From a virus (Duplodnaviria; Caudoviricetes): 52,438 bases of DNA. The notes under the pieces were generated by a model that saw nothing but the letters and a program-made list of their open reading frames with translations, was not told the DNA's origin and ran no database searches. Numbering within the stretch: position 1 is the stretch's first letter; the number at the start of each line of letters is the position of its first letter. The DNA lies in the IMG/VR virus record IMGVR_UViG_3300023179_000147, positions 1 to 52,438 of that record, one strand, 5' to 3'. This document shows, in pieces, positions 29,352 to 39,374 of this stretch. Made by a program: the position numbers and the translations under genes.

Positions 29352-30204
29352 ACGAGATGCCGAGGGGCATTGTTACCTCCTCAGTGTGTCCGCAAGCGTT
29401 GCACGTCGAATCTTGCTTCATAACGATCCCGGGCTCGCTATCCTTAACATAGTTGCGAAGCGCGAGCGAATCACGTGCGGGCATGTTCTTGATGAAATTA
29501 GAGATCTTGGAGCGGTCTTCGATGCCGTCGATAGAGATAATTGAATGTAGGAGATTAGTCGTGACGTTGCTCTCATTCGACAGGCCTAACTTCTTCTGCT
29601 TCTCAGCGAGCTGGACCATCTCTTCTTCATCACGTCCTGTCATGAACTTAAATCGAACAAGCTTGCCGCTGTAAGGAAGCTTGAACTCAAAGATATTTGC
29701 GCCTGCAATAACGGGCTCAAGCTCAAGACGCTTGATCGGAAGATTGGCCAGGTTGAAGTCATGGGGAGATTTAACGCTGCACTCAGGACACTCTAGCTCT
29801 GCCTTGTACTCTGGCCCGTATCCTGTAATGCGAATGGCGACCATGAGAGCATTGCGATCACCCGAAAGAAGATCGAGTGGATTCATCGACTTGTCGACGA
29901 GGCATGACTTGATGAGCTCCGTAATCACTGTGCCCTTCTTTAGGAGGGCACGTGAAGTAAGAATGTCTTCCTCACGAGCCGTCATGGAACGAATCTCCAC
30001 AGCCTCAGCTCCAAAGAATGTAGAATCTTGAGAATACACTTTGCCATTAGATGGGAGAGGGACAACTTCGTTGGGTACATCAAGACCAAAGTCTGCCTTC
30101 ACTTTTTCAAGTGCCGACTGTCTTGGAATGCGCGGGTCGATACCTGATGCTGCTGCCTGCTGTGCTGCAAAAATTGAGTTCTTCTGTTCTCTCTCGTCTG
30201 ACAT
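29329..30204 (-). CDS. Baseplate hub assembly / tail assembly chaperone (T4 gp26-like)
   Basis: LPSNGKVY, MTAREEDIL, GDRNALMVAIRITGYGPEY, CPEC and CNAC Zn sites, C-terminal FLWP. Confidence 0.85.
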   Translation of the reverse strand: MSDEREQKNSIFAAQQAAASGIDPRIPRQSALEKVKADFGLDVPNEVVPLPSNGKVYSQDSTFFGAEAVEIRSMTAREEDILTSRALLKKGTVITELIKSCLVDKSMNPLDLLSGDRNALMVAIRITGYGPEYKAELECPECSVKSPHDFNLANLPIKRLELEPVIAGANIFEFKLPYSGKLVRFKFMTGRDEEEMVQLAEKQKKLGLSNESNVTTNLLHSIISIDGIEDRSKISNFIKNMPARDSLALRNYVKDSEPGIVMKQDSTCNACGHTEEVTMPLGISFLWPNAG

Positions 30205-30319
30205 GGGGATGATCTTCTCCTGTTCTTACAAGATAAACACATTCCTGATCAAGTAAACGTAAGATCACGCAAACAATAGAAGATTAAGCTAATAATCCAG
30301 CACATTGATACTTACAGAC

Positions 30320-30712
30320 ATGGCATTGAATTACCCGTCCCAAGGAGAAGGCGCAGTCGACGCCTACCAGATATCAGCTAGTCCCTTCGTCACATCATCG
30401 TATGTCACTCTGGGCGAGATAAAGGAGATCAAGTTCGGATACGTCTCACGATTCATGGTGATCAGAAACACATCAGAGTCGGGAGTGATAGCAGTCGGCT
30501 TTACGTCGAACGGTCTCTCGACGCAGAACTCTAACTATTTTATCCTGAGCGGATCAGAGTCATTCTCTGCAGATTTTCGTGCAGATCGATTGTTCTTATC
30601 AGGATCTGCAGGTGCCTCGACTTCTTTCTCGGTCGTCTGTGGCCTAACGACTATACCGTCAAGAAACATGACACCCATCACGGGTTCAAATGGATTCCCG
30701 GGTGTAGGTTGA
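30320..30712 (+). CDS. Hypothetical beta-rich protein, probably virion-associated
   Basis: ATG 30320 lies 5 nt after ATACTTA; Ser/Gly-rich; opposite strand to the tail operon. Confidence 0.7.
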   Translation: MALNYPSQGEGAVDAYQISASPFVTSSYVTLGEIKEIKFGYVSRFMVIRNTSESGVIAVGFTSNGLSTQNSNYFILSGSESFSADFRADRLFLSGSAGASTSFSVVCGLTTIPSRNMTPITGSNGFPGVG

Positions 30713-30713
30713 C

Positions 30714-31466
30714 GTGGGCAGCACGGGATTCAATCAGACCTTCAGTTTTTCACAGAGTTGTGGATTCGGCAACGCGTTCTCGTATAGCTCTGAAATAATA
30801 TCTAATGATAGTCTCGTGCTCTTCTATGATGTGAAAGACATCGCGTCATATCCAGGAGCGGGAACAGCCATATATGACCTGCAGGGAAATAGCAACGGCA
30901 CACTGATCAACACACCCGTGTATTCGAACAGCGTGATTACATTCAACGGTGTTAATCAACGCCTCGTGACGGACACTTCCCTTGGACCCAAGGTACCGGG
31001 AGAAATAACATCACTATCTTTGTGGGCATATCCCATGGACAATGGTGTCCTGCTGAGTGAGCTTGGACAACCCACACTTGAGACAGGCTTCCACAATGCG
31101 GTGATGGACATGGTGGCGGGAGTCATGAAATTCGGCACTTGGAGTCAGGCTGGCATCACGTCTGTTGCATCAAATATTCCAACACCGCTTAATGCGTGGT
31201 ATAACTTTGTGATGGTATATAACGGTACTAAATTAATTACGTACGTCAACGGTGTAGCGGCCGGGAGCGTAACATACCAGAGGGTGAACCCGATTGAGAG
31301 TGGTAAGGGTCTGTACTACGCAATTGCAGCGGGAGACAGCACTAACATGGGCGACGGCACCTACACCAACATGAAATTGGGTGAATTTCGCGTGTACAAC
31401 ATTGCCCTCACACCATCACAGGTCCTGGGTAGCTTTACAGCAACACGTAAAAAATACGGTGTATGA
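30714..31466 (+). CDS. LamG/concanavalin A-like domain protein (putative virion decoration/adhesin)
   Basis: LVLFYD..SYPGAGT..DL.GN.NGTL, FNG, WYNFVMVYNG, YVNG, FRVYNIALT. Confidence 0.85.
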   Translation: MGSTGFNQTFSFSQSCGFGNAFSYSSEIISNDSLVLFYDVKDIASYPGAGTAIYDLQGNSNGTLINTPVYSNSVITFNGVNQRLVTDTSLGPKVPGEITSLSLWAYPMDNGVLLSELGQPTLETGFHNAVMDMVAGVMKFGTWSQAGITSVASNIPTPLNAWYNFVMVYNGTKLITYVNGVAAGSVTYQRVNPIESGKGLYYAIAAGDSTNMGDGTYTNMKLGEFRVYNIALTPSQVLGSFTATRKKYGV

Positions 31467-31535
31467 GACACCAATCATTTTGCAAAAAATAATCTCGACT
31501 CAATCTGTGATTAAACTTGTGTGCTTAAATGACAA

Positions 31536-31557
31536 ACGGAGGTAATGAAGCCTCCGT
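31536..31557. terminator. Hairpin between convergent units
   Basis: ACGGAGG-8nt-CCTCCGT. Confidence 0.5.
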
Positions 31558-31633
31558 CAGTCAGAAATTTAATCTTACAATCACGCGTGGGGAGTTGACG
31601 TAGTGTTCCTCGTCGTCGGGTGAAAGATCGAAA

Positions 31634-31942
31634 TCAGTTCCAATCTCTAGACTCTGAGTCCTCACGGTTCTTCAAGTATTCATCTCTCTGCTTGTCCATC
31701 TTCTCTTCCCACTCGCGGTCCGCCTGGCGATTACTATCGGAACGCTCTGGTTCACCCGAGGAGTCTCCGTGGCGGTTGCCGCCGGTGCCGCCGGACGAAT
31801 AGCCCGAGGTCCACTGGGTCATCTCATCGGACTCCTCAAGCTCATCGAGCTCGTCCATGGCCTGCTCCATCTGCTCTTCTTCCATGGCCTCTTCGACCGC
31901 CTCACGGATGAGTCTGCGTAGCTGTGATAGTCTGATTCTCAT
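31634..31942 (-). CDS. Hypothetical acidic protein with N-terminal LRRLIRE helix
   Basis: AGGAG SD and ATACTTA at 31966-31972. Confidence 0.75.
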   Translation of the reverse strand: MRIRLSQLRRLIREAVEEAMEEEQMEQAMDELDELEESDEMTQWTSGYSSGGTGGNRHGDSSGEPERSDSNRQADREWEEKMDKQRDEYLKNREDSESRDWN

Positions 31943-32050
31943 GTAGAATGTCTCCTGCTGTGGAGTAAGTATGTAGTCAAAGACAATTTATCAACGTGCG
32001 TGTGCTTTGGAGAGACAGCCCGATGGTGATTCGTTGTATGTGTTAAAAGC

Positions 32051-32076
32051 AAAAGGCCTCTAAGGGAGGCCTTTTT
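32051..32076. terminator. Intrinsic (bidirectional-type) terminator after the tail tube gene
   Basis: AAAAGGCCTC-TAAGG-GAGGCCTTTTT. Confidence 0.8.
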
Positions 32077-32119
32077 ATGGTTGCTTTTTGACGACAGAGC
32101 TTTACAGTGTGTGTGACTG

Positions 32120-32611
32120 TCAAAATTGCAAAACACAGTTGTCATAACGTAGCGAGAGAGAAATCTCCATTGGGCCGCCGTCCTCGTATGTCACCTCGTT
32201 GAAGTTGGCCTCAAGGATGAATGCACCCTTGATGTCCCAGAGCTCGACCACCGTGCCGACGGGATCAAGCAACTTGAGCTGGATGTCACGCTTATAGAAG
32301 TCGGCATAACCTGCGCGGCCCGAGACCGACTCATAGTGTGTGCGGACCCACTCCATAACCTGCTGGGCGCCGGAGGGAGCTATTGGATCGTGGAGGGTAA
32401 CTGCCATCGTGCCGAAGGTGGTCTTGCCCGCGAGGTACCGGCGGGAGTTGATGAAGGGAATCTCAACCTCTTCAGTTGTGATCTGTGGGCGTGCCGATGT
32501 CTTGATGATGTATGCGTCGATGCCCTCGATCATGAGCACCCATCGGTTCTTGCGCTTCGGCTCAAATTTAGCCGGGATCATTGATGTGACGTCAAGTGTT
32601 TCAGCAGCCAT
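32120..32611 (-). CDS. Tail tube protein (T4 gp19-like)
   Basis: FEPKRKNRW, YLAGK, LHDPIAPSGAQQVMEW, YKRDIQLKLLDPVG..W.IKGAF, LRYD. Confidence 0.92.
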   Translation of the reverse strand: MAAETLDVTSMIPAKFEPKRKNRWVLMIEGIDAYIIKTSARPQITTEEVEIPFINSRRYLAGKTTFGTMAVTLHDPIAPSGAQQVMEWVRTHYESVSGRAGYADFYKRDIQLKLLDPVGTVVELWDIKGAFILEANFNEVTYEDGGPMEISLSLRYDNCVLQF

Positions 32612-32686
32612 GTGTTATCTCCTGTTGTCCTTCATTAAGTATGTGAATCTAACAAAAATTTTTCATTAATCGATGATTAGCAAAAA

Positions 32687-33043
32687 TCATCTAGAATCTG
32701 CTCCGCCCGACATCCAGACGCTGATTGCTTCATCGATCTCTGCGTTCATGCCGCCGAGGCGGTCTTCTATCAGCTGGACTGCGTTCGTATTGACTTCGGC
32801 GTCCTCCTGTTGATCGAGGAGATCGTCAAGCTGCTCCTGAACGATATCACCGAGTGATGCATAGCTCTTTGCAAATTCAAGCAGCTCACTGACGTCGACG
32901 TCATACAAGCTACCGTGACCTGAGTCGACGGTCCCGAAGTGCACGCTCTCGGTGAGGCGTCGGTTCTGCGTCCGGAGGAGAGACCTTGAGATCTCTTCGT
33001 CAATTATCTGCTGGAGCTGGGTCTTTGATATTCTCATTGTCAT
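32687..33043 (-). CDS. Hypothetical acidic protein with N-terminal LQQIIDEE helix
   Basis: 118-aa ORF between sheath and tube genes. Confidence 0.7.
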   Translation of the reverse strand: MTMRISKTQLQQIIDEEISRSLLRTQNRRLTESVHFGTVDSGHGSLYDVDVSELLEFAKSYASLGDIVQEQLDDLLDQQEDAEVNTNAVQLIEDRLGGMNAEIDEAISVWMSGGADSR

Positions 33044-33112
33044 ACCGTAACTTCTTGTTTATTCCGGTAAATCAGCCACAGTTTATTATGACCGATTTAC
33101 CGGAGTTTTATC

Positions 33113-36100
33113 TCATTGCACCTGGGTCAGGTTGTTGGCCACCACGAAGTCAAGCGAGACGAACTCGATGCTCTTGGTGGGCTGGACGAAGATCTTACCA
33201 CGGATGGTGTTGTTGAGGACGTCGTCCTGGGTCGTGGTGGAAGAGTCGATCACGACCTTGAAGCGCTCGAGGCCGCTGAGCTGCTGGATCCTCTGGAGTC
33301 GTGGTGTGACGGCGGCAGAGAACCGAGCGAGGGTTGCCTCACGGTTTGGCTCAAACAGGATGGTCTGTGCGATGTCGCGGACCTGACGACGGATGTCGAT
33401 GAGGAGGCGACGGACGTTGACGCGATCGAGGGCCGAGGCGGCAACCTGAAGCGTCTTCTGACCCCACACCACGATACCACCACGGGGGTTGGTACCGCTG
33501 CGAGCGGCGCCCGGGAAGGCAACGATCGGGTTGATTGAGGAGTCGTAGAGGGTATCCATATCAGACTGGCTTAGTCTGACTCTGGGCTCTAGGGCGACGT
33601 CAGGTAGTGCACCGCGGGTGAAACCTGCGGGAGCGAACCAAGGATGACCGACTGCGTCGTTGAGTGACAGAGCAGAGAGCACAAGCACTGATGGAGGCGC
33701 CTGGATGTTGACTCCGATTGGGTCTCTGTAGAGCACGTCTGGGAAGTATGCTGCTGCAAACGATGAATCTACTGAGCGGTTATTGAACTGCGAGACCGTG
33801 GTAGTAACCGAAGGTAGCATCGTATCATCTGTGACCGGGTTGTCATTCTCGTCATGCTGCTCGATATCCATGATGTAGAGAGCATCATAACGATCCATGA
33901 CAGCTAGTGTCGCAGTGTCGGTAACGATGGGCTCACGGATACCAGGTATCGCAAGAAGCTGTATATCGAGATTGACGACGTTAGCCATCACGTCAAGTGC
34001 CTTGAGATAGGTACGAACCGTTGGGCCGTCCTGTAGGAGTCGACCGGCAGCGTTCATGTCAGCGTGTGCAGCGTTATCACTGAGGGACGCTTCATCATTA
34101 TTGAAGATATTGACACCGTCAAATCCACCCTGCATGATGCATGAGAACTTAGCAAATTGTCTATTTGCAGACACTTTGAGGTCTTCGACTTTCAAGCCCC
34201 TGACCTTGTTCTCGTCGCCCTTGCCGTCTGATGCGACACCAGAGAGATCAACTGATCCCGGATTGCCATTACGAGCATATACAGCTTTGACCCACTTGGT
34301 GGGATCGGCGAACCCGCCGCTTGCAGTCGATCCAGTTACAACCTGCACGTTCTCAAGCGAGAAGAAGTTGTTACAGAAACGATCTGAATCTATAACCCCG
34401 AGTGCAGCAGTGTCAGGCTGCCCTGAGTTGCTGCCCGTGATGAAATGGGCGGCGCCCACTGCAAAATTAGGGAAGTACTTAGCAAACGATTTGAGTGAAT
34501 TGTTCGGAACAATGCTGTTGTTCTTCTTGAGAAGAGAGTCGGGATGCTCAAACTGGGCGCCCCAGTAAAACTTAGGCTCTACTTGCTCCTTTGTCGTCCA
34601 TTCAGTCGATAGAGTGACCTTGCGACGGAACGGAAGTGGAGGAGTCAAAGATCTCTTGAGGGTGTCAGCATCAAGTAGTGCAGAAGCATTGACACCGCCG
34701 ACAGTGGGAAGGGGAGCCGAACCGCTTGTAACCAAGTGGCTAATACCACGGAAGCCCATTGGAAGTGCTGATGGATCAACGAATCCGTTGACCACGTCTG
34801 GATGCACTTCTACACGGACGTAATTTGAGCGGTTGGGATAATTGCCTTCTACTACGAGCTTCTGTGAATCTTCCTCACGATCGAAGTCATAGTAAGCGTA
34901 TATATCGCCGATTACCTTTGCAATATAGCGATCAGACGACGGATCTAGGTTCACACCGTTGAAGACTTCGTTGGGAAGGTTCTTCTTGTCAAGATCACGA
35001 TCTGTCCAATCACGAAGCACGACGTTGAAAGATCCGTATTTGTTGAGCGGATCAGTCGATGGAGTGATGTTCTCAATTGCAACCTTGAAGTTAGTCGATG
35101 CACTGGAGCCATCATCAAGTGTGTGTAGTCTAAAGAGATCCTGTGGTCTGCCGCCGAATTTTTGTGAAACCATCCAAGGCGACACAGCGTGACCGAATCG
35201 ATCCTTGAACGACTCATAATTTGGCACAGTCGACGTCGAGGTGTCATACGGGACCGATGATGATACGACGAAAGCTACGGGCTCGGCGCCGGCATTCCCG
35301 ACTATCGCAGAGTTCAATGAGTCAGGAATGAGGTTCGTACCCGTGACAGTAGCCAAGGAAGGATGGATGTCCCAATTAGCGTACAGATAGTGTCCAGCAA
35401 CTTCGCTCTTAAGCGGATCAGTGTTCAGGGTTTTAGCAAAGTAGTTGTTGGATGTCGGATCAAAAGAAGCTGTGATGACGTTTGGATATTTTACATCTAA
35501 ACCCTTATGTCCGTTGAGGAATAGAGTGAACTCCTGCTTTGGGCTTCCGTTGTTTGATAGGACGACTGAACCCACTGTGCCACCCTTCGTAGCATATAGC
35601 GTATTGCCCACTGCGTTTGCTAGGGGAGCTGAGCTGTCAGAACCCGGGACAGAAGACGATAGGCTGATCAGAACGCCTGAAGGCGCCATGAGAACGCCAC
35701 GGACTATTGGAAGCGCGTCTGAAACACCGGGCGTAACAGAACCAGGCCCCTGTAGCCCAGCCTCACTGAAGTAAGTTGATCCTGCTGATTCAGACATGAA
35801 ACAACCCAAGAAGTAAGTCCTGCCGGGTTGACCGTTAGAATTTGCAAGAGCATTGGGTAGAATCGCACCTAGATCGCCACGGCTCTTATCAGTGTTGGGT
35901 AGCTCGGATCCGACCTTGAAGCCGGCAGAATTTACGAATCCCGTTGCGTCTCTCTTACGACCGTCACCGACGCCGAGAACCCTAAGATACGTAACCGACT
36001 GTGCATTTCGTAGCCACTCAATGACGGCCAGCGGTCCAAACTTCTTACCATCTGTTGTCCCAAACTTAGAGTACCAATCTGATAAATTACCGACGGTGAT

Positions 36101-36235
36101 TGGGACAAACGCAGGACCTTTCATCGAAGTTCCAACAATACCTGCAGGAACACCGGAAGGTTGCTGTGTTACTGGACTAGAGATGTCAATCTCCCTTGCT
36201 GTCACTCCTGCGCTTCCAAATTTTAGTTGTGCCAT
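33113..36235 (-). CDS. Tail sheath protein (paralog 2)
   Basis: SAGVTAREIDIS, KGPAFVP, PWFAPAGFTRG, WGQKTLQ..SALDRVNVRRL, FEPN, QPTKSIEFV. Confidence 0.93.
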   Translation of the reverse strand: MAQLKFGSAGVTAREIDISSPVTQQPSGVPAGIVGTSMKGPAFVPITVGNLSDWYSKFGTTDGKKFGPLAVIEWLRNAQSVTYLRVLGVGDGRKRDATGFVNSAGFKVGSELPNTDKSRGDLGAILPNALANSNGQPGRTYFLGCFMSESAGSTYFSEAGLQGPGSVTPGVSDALPIVRGVLMAPSGVLISLSSSVPGSDSSAPLANAVGNTLYATKGGTVGSVVLSNNGSPKQEFTLFLNGHKGLDVKYPNVITASFDPTSNNYFAKTLNTDPLKSEVAGHYLYANWDIHPSLATVTGTNLIPDSLNSAIVGNAGAEPVAFVVSSSVPYDTSTSTVPNYESFKDRFGHAVSPWMVSQKFGGRPQDLFRLHTLDDGSSASTNFKVAIENITPSTDPLNKYGSFNVVLRDWTDRDLDKKNLPNEVFNGVNLDPSSDRYIAKVIGDIYAYYDFDREEDSQKLVVEGNYPNRSNYVRVEVHPDVVNGFVDPSALPMGFRGISHLVTSGSAPLPTVGGVNASALLDADTLKRSLTPPLPFRRKVTLSTEWTTKEQVEPKFYWGAQFEHPDSLLKKNNSIVPNNSLKSFAKYFPNFAVGAAHFITGSNSGQPDTAALGVIDSDRFCNNFFSLENVQVVTGSTASGGFADPTKWVKAVYARNGNPGSVDLSGVASDGKGDENKVRGLKVEDLKVSANRQFAKFSCIMQGGFDGVNIFNNDEASLSDNAAHADMNAAGRLLQDGPTVRTYLKALDVMANVVNLDIQLLAIPGIREPIVTDTATLAVMDRYDALYIMDIEQHDENDNPVTDDTMLPSVTTTVSQFNNRSVDSSFAAAYFPDVLYRDPIGVNIQAPPSVLVLSALSLNDAVGHPWFAPAGFTRGALPDVALEPRVRLSQSDMDTLYDSSINPIVAFPGAARSGTNPRGGIVVWGQKTLQVAASALDRVNVRRLLIDIRRQVRDIAQTILFEPNREATLARFSAAVTPRLQRIQQLSGLERFKVVIDSSTTTQDDVLNNTIRGKIFVQPTKSIEFVSLDFVVANNLTQVQ

Positions 36236-36274
36236 TTAACTCTCCGATTTTCTAACTATTCAGCTTGAAGCGTT

Positions 36275-39200
36275 TCAAACGAACTGAACACCACTATTTG
36301 TAATGACAAAGTCGATGGCGATATACTCAACGACTCTCGTCGGCACTACGACGATTCTTCCGTTGAGCTTGTTGAGGTCTGTGTCCTCTTGAGTGTTGTT
36401 CGACTCATTGCAGACCACCTGGAACGCCTCAATTCCTGCTTGTGCCTGGATGAGACCAAGCTGGAACGATGCGTCTGCAACAAACTTGTTGCGAACTGCG
36501 GGTGTGTTCTGCTCAAAGACAATCCTCTGTGCAATGCCGATGATGATACGCTTGATCTCTAGCATCAAGCGGCGGACGTTGACACGGTCGAGAGCTGACT
36601 TATTGACCTTCAGCGTCTTCTGTCCGTATATCACGAATCCCAGACGAGGGAACGACGCAATCGGATTGATGCGCGACTCGTACAAGCGATCACGGTCAGG
36701 AACGTTGAGTCTAACCGCGACGTTAGACACGAAGTCGAGGGCCGCGCGATTGAAACCGGCTGGTGCGAACCAAGGGTACGATACACGGTCGTTGAAAGCA
36801 AGGGCGCCGAGTGCAGCGACCGATGCGGGCACCTTTACCCTGCGACGATTAGTTGCATCATCGATGAATATGTCGGGGTAATAAACTGCTGCGTAGTCGT
36901 TGTCGATCGATCTTGTGTCAAAGTCTGCAGCTGTGAGGTTGATGTTTGGCTTGGCAGATGAATCATCGTACAGGCGAGATCCACCGTCGTCGTACGATGG
37001 AACATCCATCACATACACTGCAAGGCCATAATCTCGAACTTTCTTCATCGTTAGGTCAGTGATGTATGGTTCGCGAATGCCAGGGATTGTAAGTATGTTG
37101 TTGTTTGCCTCGAGCGGGTTTGTCATAACATCGACTGCTGCAAGATACGATGCAACACCATTGTTAGAGACGTCCTCGCCAGAAGGATTACTCAAGAATC
37201 CTGCTGGGACGAACCCAGGTGAAGCTCCTCCATTGACGTCGAACGATACAGACTTATCATTGAGTCGGCGAGCATCACGGTTTAGGAAGTTAGTTCCATC
37301 AAACCCGCCGTACATGAAGTTAGTGAATTTCATGTATGAAGAAAAGCGGTTGAATTGAGAGGGCGTGGCAGTCGACAGAAGCGTGGCAAAAGTTATTCTA
37401 TTGCTGCCGTTGTCGTTCCACGTGTAATTTGTGTTATCGAGTTTAGCATTCCTGATATAGGCAGCCTCTTTCATGTGTGTATTGACTGATGCAGTGATAT
37501 CAGCAACGCTACCGTTCCCAAGAACTACCTTAGATAATGTAAACTTGTTGTTATTGACGACGTCTGCGTTAGACCCAGTGACAAGAGCGTCGAGCTTGTG
37601 AATGCCAACAAATCTAGTCAAACCCTCAAGGAGATTGTTCTTCTCACTACTCACGTTAGCGTTTCTAACGTCAGTAGAATACGGGTCAGAAGTCACGCTG
37701 CTTCTTTCAAACATAGCACCCCAGTAATATGCTGAATTAGCGTGCTCAGACGGACCAGCAGCTCCTGCAAGTCCTGACGTGGCAGTCTCGCCGCGAGTTA
37801 CCTTGTATCTAAGCGGAAGCGGGGGCATGAAAGACCCAGTCAAAGCTAGTGCACCGGCTGCAAGCTGGCCAGCAAGTCTAGACGCAGATGGCGACAAGAC
37901 GTCTGTGTCGGCAAGCATCGAATTGACGTTGAGCGCTTCAGGTCCGCGGAAACCGAATGGCAAAGATTCTGCGGGAATTGCTCCGGTCTCGATGGCAGGA
38001 TTCATGATGACCCTGACATACGTAGATTGGTTGTTGTACTTGCCCGTGGCGACGATTCTCTTCTCCGAGGGGTTGACTGCGTCGAAGCTATAGAAAACCT
38101 TGCGGTCGCCAATCTTCTTGGCAATGTAATTCTCTGAGCTTGGGTCGAGGCTGCAATTTGAGAACTGCTCTATGACCTTGGGCGTCGTGTCTGTGTCATT
38201 CCAGTCACGAATCTGCACGTTGAACGTTCCGTGCTTATTTGAGTCGTTGGTTGAAGCCTTGACGTTACTAATCGAGATCTTATAGAGTGAATTTGCATAC
38301 TCACCGTCGTCGATTGACTCAAACTTGAAGAGATCATATTCCGTGGTGCCGAAAGGCTGAGAGATAAAATACGATGACGCAGGAGCCTTGAAACGTGTAT
38401 CGTAAGACCCAAAGACCTCACGGAAGAACCGGTTTGGGTTACCGTCATTAGAGTGATTAGACGATCCGCTAAGTATGGCAACTGGGTAGGATGAACTTAC
38501 CCAGGCAACGTTCACGTCAACTGCAAAATCAGCGTGGAGATAGTGTTGCTCTTGGACAAACTTATCAGGATCTGTGTTGAGAACCTTACCAAAGTAATCT
38601 TTGCTTGATGGATCGAACGAGGCGGTAAAGACCTTGATACCAGGAACAGAGTCTGTCGTGCAGAAAGAAGATCCAAGCGAAGAAGAAACTAGAAGCTTGA
38701 ACTTTCCGAAACTGTCAACTGTTGTGCTATCATTGACGGCTGAGCCGACCGTAGAAGGGACCTGTGTCGACAAGGGTAGAACCATCACCCTTGAAGTCTT
38801 GGGAGTCATTACGAGACCCCTTACTAAATTAACAGTGTCACTGGTGACCGAATCATTGTCAACAAACATTGGCATGCCGAAAGCAGCATTGGTCGATAAA
38901 GCGTGCTTGGCTGTCAAGAACTGAACGACACCTGAATCCCTTTTATCTGAGACACCAGCGCTTGCCGATCCCGACAGGATAAACCCTGCGTTCTTGACTG
39001 TCCCGTAATCAGCAGTGTTAGAGATGTCTGCATCAGAAGCATTAGCACCAGCGCCAAGAACTCTCATGTATGTGAGAGCTGAGCGATGCTTCAAGAACTC
39101 ATTCACTGCGTAAGGACCGAAGTGTTTTGGATCAAGATTACCAAACTTCTGAACAAATTCGTTCATATTTGCAACGGTAACGGGAACGAAAGCGGGACCC

Positions 39201-39316
39201 TTGTTAGCCGTGCCAATGACTGCAGCGGGTACGCCGACGGGGCCTGTAGCTGCAGGAGCGGAAAGGTCAATCTCACGCTCGTAAAAATTGGGCGACTTGA
39301 ATGTCTGCTCAGCCAT
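36275..39316 (-). CDS. Tail sheath protein (paralog 1)
   Basis: SPNFYEREIDLS, KGPAFVP, PWFAPAGFNR, YGQKTL..SALDRVNVRRL, FEQN, VPTRVVEYI. Confidence 0.93.
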   Translation of the reverse strand: MAEQTFKSPNFYEREIDLSAPAATGPVGVPAAVIGTANKGPAFVPVTVANMNEFVQKFGNLDPKHFGPYAVNEFLKHRSALTYMRVLGAGANASDADISNTADYGTVKNAGFILSGSASAGVSDKRDSGVVQFLTAKHALSTNAAFGMPMFVDNDSVTSDTVNLVRGLVMTPKTSRVMVLPLSTQVPSTVGSAVNDSTTVDSFGKFKLLVSSSLGSSFCTTDSVPGIKVFTASFDPSSKDYFGKVLNTDPDKFVQEQHYLHADFAVDVNVAWVSSSYPVAILSGSSNHSNDGNPNRFFREVFGSYDTRFKAPASSYFISQPFGTTEYDLFKFESIDDGEYANSLYKISISNVKASTNDSNKHGTFNVQIRDWNDTDTTPKVIEQFSNCSLDPSSENYIAKKIGDRKVFYSFDAVNPSEKRIVATGKYNNQSTYVRVIMNPAIETGAIPAESLPFGFRGPEALNVNSMLADTDVLSPSASRLAGQLAAGALALTGSFMPPLPLRYKVTRGETATSGLAGAAGPSEHANSAYYWGAMFERSSVTSDPYSTDVRNANVSSEKNNLLEGLTRFVGIHKLDALVTGSNADVVNNNKFTLSKVVLGNGSVADITASVNTHMKEAAYIRNAKLDNTNYTWNDNGSNRITFATLLSTATPSQFNRFSSYMKFTNFMYGGFDGTNFLNRDARRLNDKSVSFDVNGGASPGFVPAGFLSNPSGEDVSNNGVASYLAAVDVMTNPLEANNNILTIPGIREPYITDLTMKKVRDYGLAVYVMDVPSYDDGGSRLYDDSSAKPNINLTAADFDTRSIDNDYAAVYYPDIFIDDATNRRRVKVPASVAALGALAFNDRVSYPWFAPAGFNRAALDFVSNVAVRLNVPDRDRLYESRINPIASFPRLGFVIYGQKTLKVNKSALDRVNVRRLMLEIKRIIIGIAQRIVFEQNTPAVRNKFVADASFQLGLIQAQAGIEAFQVVCNESNNTQEDTDLNKLNGRIVVVPTRVVEYIAIDFVITNSGVQFV

Positions 39317-39374
39317 TATCTGATCTCCTTGAATCTTAGATTCTTGACATAACTATCATGGTCAAGGTCAGAAT

